This document shows, one piece after another, positions 27,270 through 40,112 of a stretch of DNA of 64,000 bases (within the stretch, counting starts at the first letter, position 1; the number at the start of each line of letters is the position of its first letter). Source of the DNA: Perna viridis (Eukaryota); NCBI GenBank assembly GCA_037379345.1, contig CM074523.1:25512995-25576994 (forward strand), written 5' to 3'. The notes under the pieces were generated by a model. The model was given only the letters and a program-made list of their open reading frames with translations. It had not been told where the DNA came from and made no database searches. The position numbers were made by a program, and so were the translations under genes.

Positions 27270-28560
27270 AAGATAATTATGAGGATTTTTGACAAATTTC
27301 AAAGTTCGAAAGGCACGTAAATTTCCAAGTCCAAAAGGGCATAACCCCCACAAAAATTAGGGGATAAAAATTTCCTGGAAATATGCACATTAACATATGA
27401 TGTTCTTGCTACATACCACATTTGTGAACTTTGACGCCTATGCAACAGTAGATGACAACGTGTCAACATCAACTCAGATGACCGACAACGATATTATCGA
27501 AGACATTATTTCATCTAGAAATGCCGCAGAATCAGTCACTAGCGACGAAGAAGATGAACCAACACCAAAACGACCACCAGTTGCCGCTGTTATGTCCGCA
27601 TTAGACATTATCACCGCACAACTAGAATTTCTGAATAACTCCAGTGTTGCAACAAAGAAATTTAATGATGTGTCAAATTTCATAATGAAAGAACATTTAC
27701 TAAGTTTATGTGTAAAACAAAGTGACATTTCAGAGTTTATGTCAGAGTTTATGACACCCAGTACGTCTGCAGAATAGTGCTTTTATGTAGTGACTTTAAA
27801 TTGTGAAATTGTTTTCTCATCCACAAATGTTATTGTTATTGTTCATATAGTGCTTGATCATTTAAAATTGTAATAAATTTTGTAATCGTTTATTATCTTT
27901 ATTTTATGCAGTATCTTAGTCTTTAACACATTTGAAACAAGTTTATATTCTTCTGACAACTTAAAATTACGCTTTGAATTTGAACTTAAAAAGCGTAATT
28001 TTCAGTCGTCATTAGAAAAAAATAACTATGACAATAAAAAAACTATTTTATTCAACATTATTCAAACAACATAGAAACATAGAAAAACAAGAATTCATCA
28101 AAGTACAAACAATAACAAAAATAATTTACGACAACCCAGTATACACAGAATATGTAACCGGATCCAGTTGTACTTATTTTGTCATTCTCGTCCATGGTTA
28201 TCTCCCCTTTCTGCTGCTCGAACTTCATTGATTTCGTTAAGTCGAACTTCGGTTGAGTCGAACTTTTCTCCTGGTCCCTCCAATTTCGAGATAACGAGAG
28301 TCAACTGTACTTGGTTCAATAGTGCAAATTTCTATGTTCAAAGGGGCATAACTCCTTCAAAAATTGGGTATCAAAATTTCCTGGTATTATGCATAACTAC
28401 AAATGATGTTCTTGCTACATACAAAATTTCGTAAAATTTGGTTCAGTAGTTTCGGAGCAGTTTCTCTGACAAACTTTGTGATGGACACACACACCGACGG
28501 ACAAGCCAGAAACAACATATTTCCCCACCAAAGTGGGGGGGGGAAGAGACATAATTATTT
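27270..28560 (+). mobile_element. Helentron-type non-autonomous element interrupted by the Tigger remnant
   Basis: The unit aagggcataac..aaaatttcctgg..atgcac/ataac..gttcttgctacatac occurs on both sides of the insertion; GAC-rich tract and terminal hairpin ccccacc..gtgggg. Confidence 0.6.
27420..28309 (+). mobile_element. 5'-truncated pogo/Tigger DNA transposon (transposase C-terminus plus right TIR)
   Basis: ORF reads FDAYATVDD..MTDNDII..DEEDE..KQSDISEF, like Tigger transposase tails; ends with TIR ttcgagataacgagagtcaactg followed by TA. Confidence 0.75.
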
Positions 28561-29037
28561 AAAAAGCAAAGGAAAAAACACAAGTTCGTGAAATCTTGAA
28601 TGCGTGGTTATGTTTTCAGTCAACACATCAATGGGACCTTCCTTTTCGTTGGGAACCAACTTTCGTGGTTTAGACTACCAACGAAAACCATGAAAATTGG
28701 TTGACCACGAACAATAGTACTTTCACAGTATACCAAAATAAACATGAGGTTAGGCATATCCCACTTGTACAGAGAAGTTGATATTGAACAGCAAACAAAA
28801 TGGCATACAATGTATTCCCCAGCTACATAAAGCCACACACCAAAAGTAAAATGGGAGCCAAGATAATTATAATGATATTTGGATAGAAGGATAAAAATGA
28901 ACACCAGGCAAAGTGATTCCAATACGCCACTGACTCAATGAGTAGGGGCTTACCATATAATTCAAAATCCATAGATAGACTTTTGATAAATTTAATGTAG
29001 CCAGACGACAGTTGACAGTACAAAGTCTAATACTTAC

Positions 29038-29114
29038 TCGTCTCTGGTATGAACACTTAATTTTCCTGGTATTGATTCTATCTTGTGATGTTTTTCTTCT
29101 GGTGATAATGAGTC
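29038..29114 (-). CDS. Gene 2 exon (DSLSPEEKHHKIESIPGKLSVHTRD)
   Basis: tgtAG/GTAAGT, phase 0-2. Confidence 0.83.
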
Positions 29115-30223
29115 CTACAAAATAGATAAAAAATGATTCACTACCCAGTTCAATATAAAATTTTGTATTCAGTCAACTTCACAAACAGTAGGCTTATGGA
29201 CATATTTTTTTAAATCATAGCAGTTCATTGTTAATTTTGAGCTAAAGTAGGAAGAGCAATTTTTGTGTTAAAACAAAAAGTAAACTTTTCCTGACACTGA
29301 AAAACAATAAAGTACAAGCTCATCTAAAAATCATGCAAAAAGAAAAAGAAAATGGTAAAAAGTCGAAAACTTTTGATGACTTCGTTATTTCAGGAAGTCT
29401 CAATTTTGAAAAAAAAAAAAAAAAAGTACCAGATAATAGTTGTAAATAAGGTAAACTAAGTACTGTGAAAGTACTATTGTTCATGGGGTACAAATTTCTG
29501 TGGTTTTCATGAATAGGCCAATCCACAAAATTTGGTTTCCAATGAAAAGGATATTTCAACTGATCTGTATACTGAAAACATATTAAACCACAAATCCAAG
29601 AATCCACGAACTTGTGATTCTTCCCTTATCCACCAAAATTGGTATCCAAGAAATAAAGTACTTTCACAATAATTGAATTAGTCAAAACAATTTAGTTGAA
29701 TCTGATGAAAAATATTTACTGCCATTTTTTCATCACTAATTACTATTTATTTTTTTCACTTTCCCAATCACCCTTGTTTCAAATTTCAAATCACCAATAT
29801 TATGGGAAATTCTGAATTAAGAAAGCAGGAACTTATCAACTTCTGCATGATTCTTAGGTGAACTTGTACTTAAGTACAGCTCTGAAAATCAGGCAGAAGC
29901 TTAGTGATCCATGCTTTTCTTAATACCAAAGTGCTTTTGATTGGTAATCCTTCAGTCCATATGCTACAATAATTGTGCAAATAGAAGTTGGTCACATGAA
30001 ATATTAACACTAAAAGTTTGGTTACATTCTACTCCAGAAATATATTGAAATTTTTTACTTTATTGCCAGTCAAAAAACATTTCATGATATAAAACAGATT
30101 CAAGGAAATGAGCACAGGAAGAGTTGTTTTAAGGACATAGCAAATTTATTTGAACAGTTTCATTGATTATCTTGAGGTATATCACTCTGCCTGAGTTCTA
30201 GACAGACCTATACCATGCATTAT

Positions 30224-30720
30224 GATTGATTGATTGTTGGGGTTTAATGCCTGAGCAGCAATATTTCAGCTATATTCAGGTGATGAACATGAAACGGGTG
30301 ATAAAATGAACATTAAATGAAAGGAGGGGTGGAACATAAGGATAATAGGGTCGACAACTTTTGATTGCCACTAGGAAAAGGGAGGGAAGGGTAGGGTCGG
30401 ACAATTTAGACAACTGTGGTGCTCAGCGCAAAGGTTCCTACTCTTATTGAATACCACAGCAGGGTTCTTTAATGTGCTAGGAATGTGGCATCTTAACCAA
30501 CACGGTGCACCACTATGGTTTGCGGTCAGGTTTTCTGTATTAAAGCCTGACAACCCCAGCATGTAACATGCTAGGGGTGCCCCATTCCACCACCTGGGAC
30601 TCACAACCCAGTTGCTCTGTGGGCAGAGCGCCCCAGCCATATCTAGCCACCTTTTACGACAAGCTTGGTGCTGCTGCAGGCCTATTGTTTTGACACTCAG
30701 ACCTGCATGGGGCCTATGCA
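30224..30720 (-). mobile_element. SINE/LINE-derived 3' fragment with (CAAT)n tail
   Basis: taaaccccaacaatcaatcaatc tail on the minus strand; GC-richer body. Confidence 0.6.
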
Positions 30721-30804
30721 TTATGATAATGTCCTACATATGATGGCTCAAGTGAATAATTTTAATAAATCCAAAGTGCAATACTTCCACTTTAGAATGC
30801 TCAC

Positions 30805-31004
30805 TTTATTTTTCCCAACTTTAACTGATTTTAGTAGCCTTAGACCAGCTTCCCCAGGTAAAGAGGGCAGTTTATCACTTATGTAATTTATTGTTGCAGC
30901 AGTCCCTGGCTTCATATTTCCCTCCTGGAAATCTTTTTTAACCATCTCCATTCTTTTCCGTTCTAAAGCTGTTGGTGTCTGGAAAAACTTCATCCAGTCA
31001 GGTT
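30805..31004 (-). CDS. Gene 2 exon (PDWMKFFQTPTALERKR..VGKNK)
   Basis: poly-T cAG/GTGAGC, phase 1-0. Confidence 0.85.
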
Positions 31005-31823
31005 CTGAAAAAAAAAAGTTATAAGAAAGAATGTAAGAAAACTTCCCACATTTACAGCATATAAAATAGTGAGCTTCATGGCATAGAAATGGTTTTCAAT
31101 TGATAAAACGACCATTTCTGGATCAGAGGAAATTTTGATTTTACCAACTTTACATAGTGGCAGTTTTATGCTGCCTGTTAATATAGTAATGTAACATACA
31201 TAATTAACCCTAATGGAAGTTGAAGTTATTGCACACTATAGAATCTGGTTTTACCCACCATTTCCATCAGAAATGCCAGTACCAAGTCAGGACCAATCAG
31301 TGGCTTCCAACTTTCTGGTTTTTACTTTGATATTGCAATTTGAAATACAAACTTTCCTTTTTGACTACTACTTTTGACAATTGCCTGGAGTTATCAATTT
31401 GGTAATTTTGTACATGTAATTACCCTTTATATATCAATAAATGAAACATATACGGTAAATATGTTAATACCTTTATAATACCTTAATAACTGTAAATATC
31501 TGACAATTTCCTGCTGATGTTGTTATTTCTTACTTTTTAGATGGGAGTGTATTTATATTGTTCCTCTCACTCTGTCTGGCAAGCATCGTCTAATGCCATT
31601 ATGTTTTACTGCAGAGAGATTGTGACTTTTGTGAAAATCTAACCTCCACCACTCCCTCCCACATCCCTTTTTCTCCCTCCCCCAACCTATCTTTCTCTCT
31701 GCTGGCTGTTGTTCTGTCTGACACACCTCCTATTGTGCTACTAGACTACAGGGGAGAGATTGTGTCTTCTGTGAAAATTTGACTTCCATCATTCCTTCCC
31801 CTCCCCCTTTTCCCACAACTTAC

Positions 31824-31955
31824 CTTTCTCTCTGCTAGGTGTTGTTCTGTCTGACACACCTCCTATTGTGCTACTAGACTTTACTGGGGAGAGATTGTAT
31901 CTTCTGTGAGAATTTGACCTCTTTGAATCCTTCCTTCCTTTAATGCTACTCACAG
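31824..31955 (-). CDS. Gene 2 exon (VSSIKGRKDSKRS..TPSREK)
   Basis: tttcAG/GTAAGT, phase 1-1. Confidence 0.82.
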
Positions 31956-32997
31956 CTGAAAGAAAAGAGAGACATATGACAAGGTTGTAAGCTACATAGG
32001 TTAGGTTGCCATGGTTAAGCATCATGGATGTCACATGATGTCAAAGCAATACCGACTGTGTCAGAAAAAAATCTTCATTTGAATTAAGTCAATTTACAAT
32101 GACTGCAGGCCTTGACAGGTTATTCTAAATAAAAACACCTTAACTTTTAAAATAATAATAGGATAATTAATTGGATGGAGTAAATAACCAAAATATAATC
32201 ATGAGTGCCGAAAAATGCCTAGATTTAATGAGAAAGCAAAAACTGGTCTGCAAACAATATAAATCTCCATGTGTTCACGACAAGAGTAATTATATTTTTG
32301 GTTATAAACTATAACTACTTGATTATTCTATTTATCGTTAAGATTTCTCTTAGATTTATTATTATTTTTAAAATAAATTTTAAAATTTAGGTTTGGCAAT
32401 TTAATACTTGTGTTGTGATCTTTTGACTGGTGAAATTCCAATAGTGAAATTACCCAGTGTGAATTATCAAAATTTTGTACCCATGGAACATTCGATAAAT
32501 AACTGCAATTTATATAATAATGTATTTTTTTTGGTTGATGTGGACAAATACACATTTATAAGCCATTTATAAGCGAACATGTCACATTTTGCACTGGAAT
32601 GTTTCTTTAAACCAGATATTTTGTGCTTCTGTTGTTTGTTTCTAGAGGGGCTGTAAATTTGCTTGGTCACCCCACTGAATATGAGCCTATCAACTGTATA
32701 GCATTTCGAATTAACCTGAAACTCATAATTACATTTTTGTCATAACTGTATTTTCCAATGGTCATGACTTTTTTGTCCTTCAAAATATTATATACATATT
32801 AGTACAACCCCATATAAATACATTTTTTTGGTCATTTTTGTAAAACTTTAGCAGTCTTAAAACATGAAGCATCTAAATTCAATTGGGTATGTTATTCCCA
32901 AAATTTTTAATGACAAGTTCAACAAAACACTCATTTCCCTTGATTCCAGCACATTAAATTTAAAGCCTCATTTTGTCTTACTATGTGGTATACATAC

Positions 32998-33139
32998 GTT
33001 TCAGTTGAATTTTTTCCTTGGATATAAAAGGGCTAATTCTATGAGATCTGTAACTTTGGGTGTCAGACATATCTCTTCCAATGCCAGAGTCTTGCATACT
33101 CATAATACCAGAGTCTATGGTACTCATAACATCTCCAAC
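32998..33139 (-). CDS. Gene 2 exon (VGDVMSTIDSGIMSMQDSGIGRDMS..IQLK)
   Basis: tttcAG/GTATGT, phase 0-1, which bridges the flanking exons. Confidence 0.82.
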
Positions 33140-33341
33140 CTGAAATAAGACACAGTATTTACATAAAGATGCTCATAACATTTCAAACCTGAAATAAGAC
33201 AACATATTTATATACAGATTCTCATAGTACCTCCAACCTGATATAAGACACAGTATTCACAGAATCAATGGTGATCATAGCATCTCCAACCTGAAAAAAA
33301 GACACAGTATTTACATACAGATTCTCATAGCATCTCCAACC
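33123..33341. repeat. Tandem repeat, 49-53-bp unit, ~4.4 copies, overlapping the exon 32998-33139 acceptor
   Basis: catctccaacctgaaataagacacagtatttacatacagattctcatag. Confidence 0.9.
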
Positions 33342-34049
33342 AGGGTCAGAGGAAATTTCAGGAATGAGCGGTTTAAATTATTTCTCCACTCAAGTTGGGC
33401 AAAATCACACTTTTCAAAACGATCTAAAATTCAGTGAGTATGTTAAAATCTCAATTTAACCACAGAAAGTGGAGAAAAAATCTGAATCAAGAATTGGCTC
33501 CAGGAGAATTGGTTTCTCCAATGAAATCTGCCAAAACTTCGGAAAATGTAAAATGTCTGGTAAACTATTGCAGAAATTTAATTGCCATCTGATGGTTAAG
33601 TATCAGTCTTTGTAAAAATCATGCAAATTCTGTAATATGTGATACACCTCAAAAAAGGCTACACATTTTTATTTTTGTAATTAAATTACTTTATAGGTCT
33701 ATATGAAATGTATAATTATTCATTCTAATCTGTCTGTTCTTAGGAGATAATCCACAATGAAAATCCAAAGGTTTCTATTGTATTTTAGTGTCATTCAGTT
33801 TCCAATAATGAATCACATTTTGCAAATTCTTATCTGGAGTGCTACTTAAAAAATCACATATTTTTAATCACTGGCTTAGAATGGGAGAAAAAAGTATACA
33901 ATTATACAATTATAATCAGGATCAGACAAAGTACTTACTTTACTAGAGTCCAGTATACCCTTAACTCCAAAGTCATATTTGTCAATTAATATTTATTTGA
34001 GACATTCATTTTTACCTGACAGACTATCAATAACCCTAAATGATATTTG

Positions 34050-35062
34050 AACTTACCAAATTGTGACTAACCACCTTTGTTGACCTCTTAATGTCTTCCT
34101 GATTGTGACTCTCCATTGACCCAACCTGACTTTACCAGACTGAGACTATCCATTGAGCATATCTGACCTGTATGAGCTTACCTGACTGTAACTATCCATT
34201 GACCATTTCTGACCTATTACCTTACCTGACTGTAACTATTCAGCCTATTTGACCCATATGACCTTACCTGACTGACTATCCGATGAGCCTATCTGACCTA
34301 TGACCTTACCTGACTGACTATCCGATGAGCCTATCTGACCTATGTCCTTCCCTGACTGTGACTATCCATTGATCCTATCGGAACTATGTCCTTACCTGAC
34401 TGTGACTATCCGTTGATCTTATCGGACCTATGTCCTTACCTGACTGTGACTATCTATTGATCCTATCTGACCCATATGACCTCACCTGATTGTGACTATC
34501 CATTGATCCTATCTGACCCATATGACCTTACCTGACTGAGACTATCCACTGATCCTATTTGACCTATGTCCTTACCTGACTGAGACTATCCATTGATCCT
34601 ATCTGACCCATATGACCTTACCTGACTGTGACTATCCACTGATCCTATTTGACCTATGTCCTTACATGACTGAGACTATCCACTGATCCTATTTGACCTA
34701 TGTCCTTACCTGACTGAGACTATCCACTGATCCTATTTGACCTATGTCCTTACCTGACTGAGACTATCCATTGATCCTATTTGACCTATTTGACCTATGA
34801 CCTTACCTGACTGTGACTATCCACTGATCCTATTTGACCTATGACCTTACCTGACTGAGACTATCCATTGATCCTATTTGACCTATGTCCTTACCTGACT
34901 GAGACTATCCATTGATCCTATCTGACCCATATGACCTTACCTGACTGTGACTATCCACTGATCCTATTTGACCTATGACCTTACCTGACTGAGACTATCC
35001 ATTGATCCTATTTGACCTATGACCTTACCTGACTGAGACTATCCATTGATCCTATTTGACTG
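34050..35062. repeat. Minisatellite, 44/46-bp unit, ~20-22 copies, overlapping the exon 35029-35123 donor
   Basis: gacctatgaccttacctgactgagactatccattgatcctattt. Confidence 0.97.
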
Positions 35063-35123
35063 TCAACATCCTCCCCATCTCCCTGTAGCTGTTTACTATA
35101 CAATCTGTTCAGAGCTCTGTAAT
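35029..35123 (-). CDS. Gene 2 exon (YRALNRLYSKQLQGDGEDVDSQIGSMDSLSQ)
   Basis: tctAG/GTAAGG, phase 1-0; its 3' end is the first unit of the adjacent minisatellite. Confidence 0.82.
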
Positions 35124-37265
35124 CTAGACAGAAGAATTTACAATAATGTTTCAGAAAAAAAATCATATTAAAAACATAAAAGTACCTTGCTTATATCAAT
35201 AAGGTTAATCACAGTGGTTTTTTCTTCAATTTTGCATTACACATCCATATAAAAAGCCGTCTGCAAGAGCTGAATTTTCAAGACAAAGTCAGTTCCTTGA
35301 AGATCAACGTTCTACCGGGTACATATACATGAACTAATAACTGCCACATACTGAAAAATCTAATCACTCAAGACTTTTTAAACAGGAGTAAAAGTGCTGT
35401 TTGTCAATGGTTGCCAGTCTTATTTCAAAGTTTATATATATCTAATATAAATTTTCAATTAAGTTATTAATTCCTTTTTTTAATCCTTCAAATATAAACT
35501 TTCCAACTGTCATTGCACCCTTTTCTTTTATGTCAAGAAAACGCATATCATTTATTTGTTAAAGAAGCTAAATAAATCAATCATTTCAATATCTACAAAA
35601 ATGTTTTCTGTATTATTCAATAAAAAAGATAAAACACAGAAAAGCCCACTTAAAAGGAAAGATTTGTGGTCCACAACCTGCTTTTAATTACTTTTTATGA
35701 AAAATACTGTAATTGTGGACCAGATTAAACACAGAAATACATGAGATTAGTTATTTTCAATTCAATAGAAACTTGAGTACTTCTCTGTCTAAGAATCAGG
35801 CAAAATCAGAATAAGGTGTGGCACATGAAGGAAAAAATGCAGTAATTTTATTGCATTATTCAAGAATTTCTACCTCCAGAAATAACAAAGTGTTTGTAAA
35901 GTTGCTTTTTTCAAGATATTGATAGGTCAACTTTAGTTGAAATGCATAGATGGAAAAATGGAAGGAAAATTTTTTGGCACTTTTTCCACATATAAACAGT
36001 AAAAAAATATCTAAGCCACAGATACTTCAGGATAAATTTAAATAGCTTTTTGGTTGTTTTCTAGATGTATTTAATATATTTGAAGCGAAAAAGAACAGGT
36101 TTAGAATAATGATGTGACACCCACTGCCTGATTCTGATATAGAATGGTACTTAACAACTGTTTTTTTTTTTCAAACATACACAATTAATTGAAAGAGAAA
36201 TTTTCAAGGAGATGAGAGTTCAGAATTCATTATTTATATACAAAGTATAGGAAAAAGGAAAGGATTGAGAAGGTTATCAGACATCAGAGCTGCGTATTCC
36301 AAGTTTTAAAAATTAATAAGGTCAGGCCAGTCTGCTGGAGATGTTTGGTGAGGAGCAGACAGTTTCTATCATGAGCAGGAAAGAAAACCATGAGGTTCGT
36401 TTTGTATTGTAAAATACATTACTGCCTAAAGCCAAAAAGACTTCTCAGCAGATTTTAACTAACTTAGAATCCAGAAATGGTCATGACAATGAAGAAAATC
36501 AAGACTTTCATTATTTTTCACAAAAAATGATTTTCTTTCCTAATTCACATGGTGTCTCTTAATGGCCAAAATCAGTCGACTTACGCTAAAGTAGTAAGGG
36601 ATGGCAGCTCTTCCCCAAAATCACCATCTCTCTTTACTACCAGAAAACAAAACATGAATTTGCATACATTCCTTGATCAAATTTATGGGAAATACTTGCT
36701 AAATCCAAGTTAAAATTCAATTTTTCAGGTAGAAATTATTACCTGCTCCTAAAATTTGCTTGCTGAATTCTATATACTGGTATATTTAAAGTTCAGTTCA
36801 GAAATAACGCAAGAGACTTAGCCTTAGCGAGTCCACTAAGTCATTCGATATGGTGAAAAATGGGTAAGTCAAATACAACAGGAAGTTGATATTGGAAAGC
36901 AGCTGATATTGCTTACAACATATGTCCTATCTAAAGAAGGTCACATATCAAATTTGAAATCAGTCAATCCATTGGATGTCAAGGTAATTACGATAAAATT
37001 CTGATGGACAAATGGACGGACGGATAGACGAGGTTATTCCAAGACACCAGTGACTGAATGGTGGTTTAAATTCATGTACCAATAAAAATCTAGAGAAAGC
37101 AGTGTAACCTACATGGTCAATGCATAAAGCTTGGATAGAGTATTAACTATAGAAAGCTGATCAGGTTATAGAGATACCAAGTCATAATTGTAATTGAAAA
37201 GGGACATATCTCCTGTGATGTAGATGCAATATACACCATGTTTTAACTTGATATGTATTGTAAGG

Positions 37266-37412
37266 TACAGTCCCTGAACCGATCCTCACAACGATTTGAC
37301 GGATAAATGACTGCTGACTGATTGATCACTGAGGGATTGAAAAATGATGACCGATCTGATTGCAGTTGGACATATCGATCACAATTTTTGTTGCACAGAT
37401 TCAGGTACTGTA
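37266..37412. mobile_element. MITE TACAGTCCCTGAA..TTCAGGTACTGTA; related copies at 38820-39135 and ~22313-22730
   Basis: TIRs and shared internal gatc-rich motifs. Confidence 0.55.
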
Positions 37413-40112
37413 CCAAACATTGCAAGTTCATATGAGAAAAAAAATGCATCAATTATTTCTTTATTTATCATCCAAAAGCAAAAAGTTATAAGAACAAAAA
37501 CAAAAAACAAAAAAAAAACAGGCATGATCATCATTACATCCCATAAAAAAAAAAAAAAAATCTGATAATCTTACCAAGGTAGGAATTATATCCAACACAG
37601 AATAAAACTAGGGCCACAAATTTTATAACCAAGATTAAAAAGAAAAACAATTTATCATCACCAATAATCAATATAGTTAACACATGTATTCACAATCCAT
37701 AAATACATGCATTCACTGAAAAGATGCTTTAACTGATCAAGTCCTGATATCAGGAATCTACTTGAACTACAACATGCACTAATTCTATAAAATTCTGCAG
37801 TTGTGAAGTCAGAATCAATAGCCAGACCCAGCAAAGATATATCTTTTTATTCATTTTCAATAAATTCCAATGTAAATTTTATTGATTAATCAACAGACAA
37901 GTTTACGTTATTAATTATCGGATCTGTCAGAAACTTCAATCTTGTATCGAGTTTAAGCAGATTAGAAACTTTCTTTATATCATTTTTTGGTTATCAAAAA
38001 TTGTATCATGCTTAAAATTTGAACTTTCTCAGGGTAAAGTTTGGATGGATTAAGTTTCTTCAAATATAGTTTACGTTAGCAAATATGCACAAAAATAATA
38101 CATTTTAACAATTTTCCTTATTCAAACACAATATCTGAATGAGATTGAATTCCCTTTTAGTAAATTGTGAACCAAAATGTACAAATGTGGCATTAATATT
38201 TTCAACAAAGAGGATATATCATTTTCTATCTATACAATAGCTTATTTTTCATGTTAAATAAGATTTAAAGATGCCAATCAATTTCAATATGTCATAGTAT
38301 AAACTTAAAAAATCTTTATATGTAATCAAAATACATTATGGTATCATTTGTCAATCACATTAAAATTTGTTATTGGCATAGAGATATTGTATGAGGCAAG
38401 GTGGAGGTCAATATCACTATATCTGGACAACAAATATTACTTGAAATATAAAATTAGAATTATGGTACAGGATAATTCTTGGCTTGAAAATTACATCAGA
38501 AGTGTTAAAAGCTGGTTTGAATATATTGTTAGCCAAGAAAATTGGTGGAGTCTTGCTTTCAGAGATTATTGGATGTGTATAAATTTTACACATTAAAAGA
38601 GCTTTCATTTACTGAATAGAAAATGAAGTACTTCTGTATAAATCATATAAGCCATAATTCAAATAAAGCCTAGCTGTTATAATAGTAATCTAGAAAAACA
38701 GTGAGCATAGATCACTAAAGAATACCCGTGGCTCCCCAACGCAGTAGCCAAACTATAACCAGTAAAACAGTCATCAAACAGGAAGTTGATGTCTACTATC
38801 ACTCTCATATGTTCTGGTGTAGTCCCTGAACTCATCCACTCAACTATTTGATGGATTGATGACAGATTGATCAATTTAGGGCCTAAATATACGATACTAA
38901 ATCCACATATTGTATTTTGTAAAATAAAAGTAATTATTTGATGTTTTAATCTATTGCATTATGTAAATATGTGTAATAACTGACAAACGAAACAACGGAA
39001 TCCGTAAAATATATTGATCGCTTAGTGGTCATGTGATGCAATAATTGTTTTGTCAGATCAATGACTGAAAAGTGACTGATCAGTGATTAATGACCGATCG
39101 CAATTTTAGTTGCACGGATCGATTCAGGTACTGTATACCTATACAAAGCTGTCTAGATATCATATGGCTATGATAAGTATTATCACAGAAAAAAATGCAA
39201 TGGAAAAAGCTGTGGTCTGATAGATGGACACCATGACCTCTCTATACCCCTGGGAAAACAAAACTTATTATTCCTAACATAGATAAACAGGGTAGTTTTG
39301 ATACATAGAATCTGGGTTAGACGGAAAGTATATAGGATAATCAGATGGTTTTGGGTCAACTTTGTTACCTTCTGGAGTCAAATCATCAATCTCTGCAATA
39401 CTCCCTCCAAACTCTGAAATTATTGTCTAGTTATATGACTAACCAGAATATATTACATGGTATATTGACCCCAATTAATTTAACGTGGAGTGAGGCTGTC
39501 GGCCAATTAATCTTCCATCACATAGTGTAAATGTAAATATTTTTGTGTAAGGGCAATCTATATACAGGGTCATAAAACATCCAGGAAAATAATCCCCACA
39601 GGAAAATTTCCTTGTTAAATTTGTTTTAACCCTTGCAAAATCGGACAGCAAAATTTACAACCTACTGGAAATGACAAACAAAACAGACTACAAAAAATTT
39701 CAGGTTAACAGTACTGTGGTACAGATTGTTGGAATCAATTTGAGCATGAGGTTTAAAGTCACAAAAATTAATACATTAAACTAATGAAAAACAGTAGTAA
39801 ATGTTCACCTGAATCAGTTGAAGTAGATAATAGACCATTTCATGTTCACTGCAGGATAGTCAATGAGCATGTGTGAGATATACTTCCACAAGGTAGGAGT
39901 AAGGGTAGAACAAAAAAAATTTTCCTCTCGGAGGTGCACATTGAGCATGTCCATTGACTTTCCTGCAGTAAATGCAAAAGGGTCTATTTCACTGGCCCAC
40001 CACCATTCTAATAAGTCTAAGGCGTATGACTTCTACTTTTAAACTTTGTAAAGCATCTATGTCATTTACATCTCCTATTTTCATATCTCTGTGTGTGTGT
40101 GTGTGTACTTAC

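Noticed and set aside
34050-35028. CAG|GTAAG units as canonical recursive-splicing ratchet points
   Set aside because: The units lack polypyrimidine tracts and are only 44-46 nt apart, too close for ordinary recursive steps. Kept only as decoy donors.
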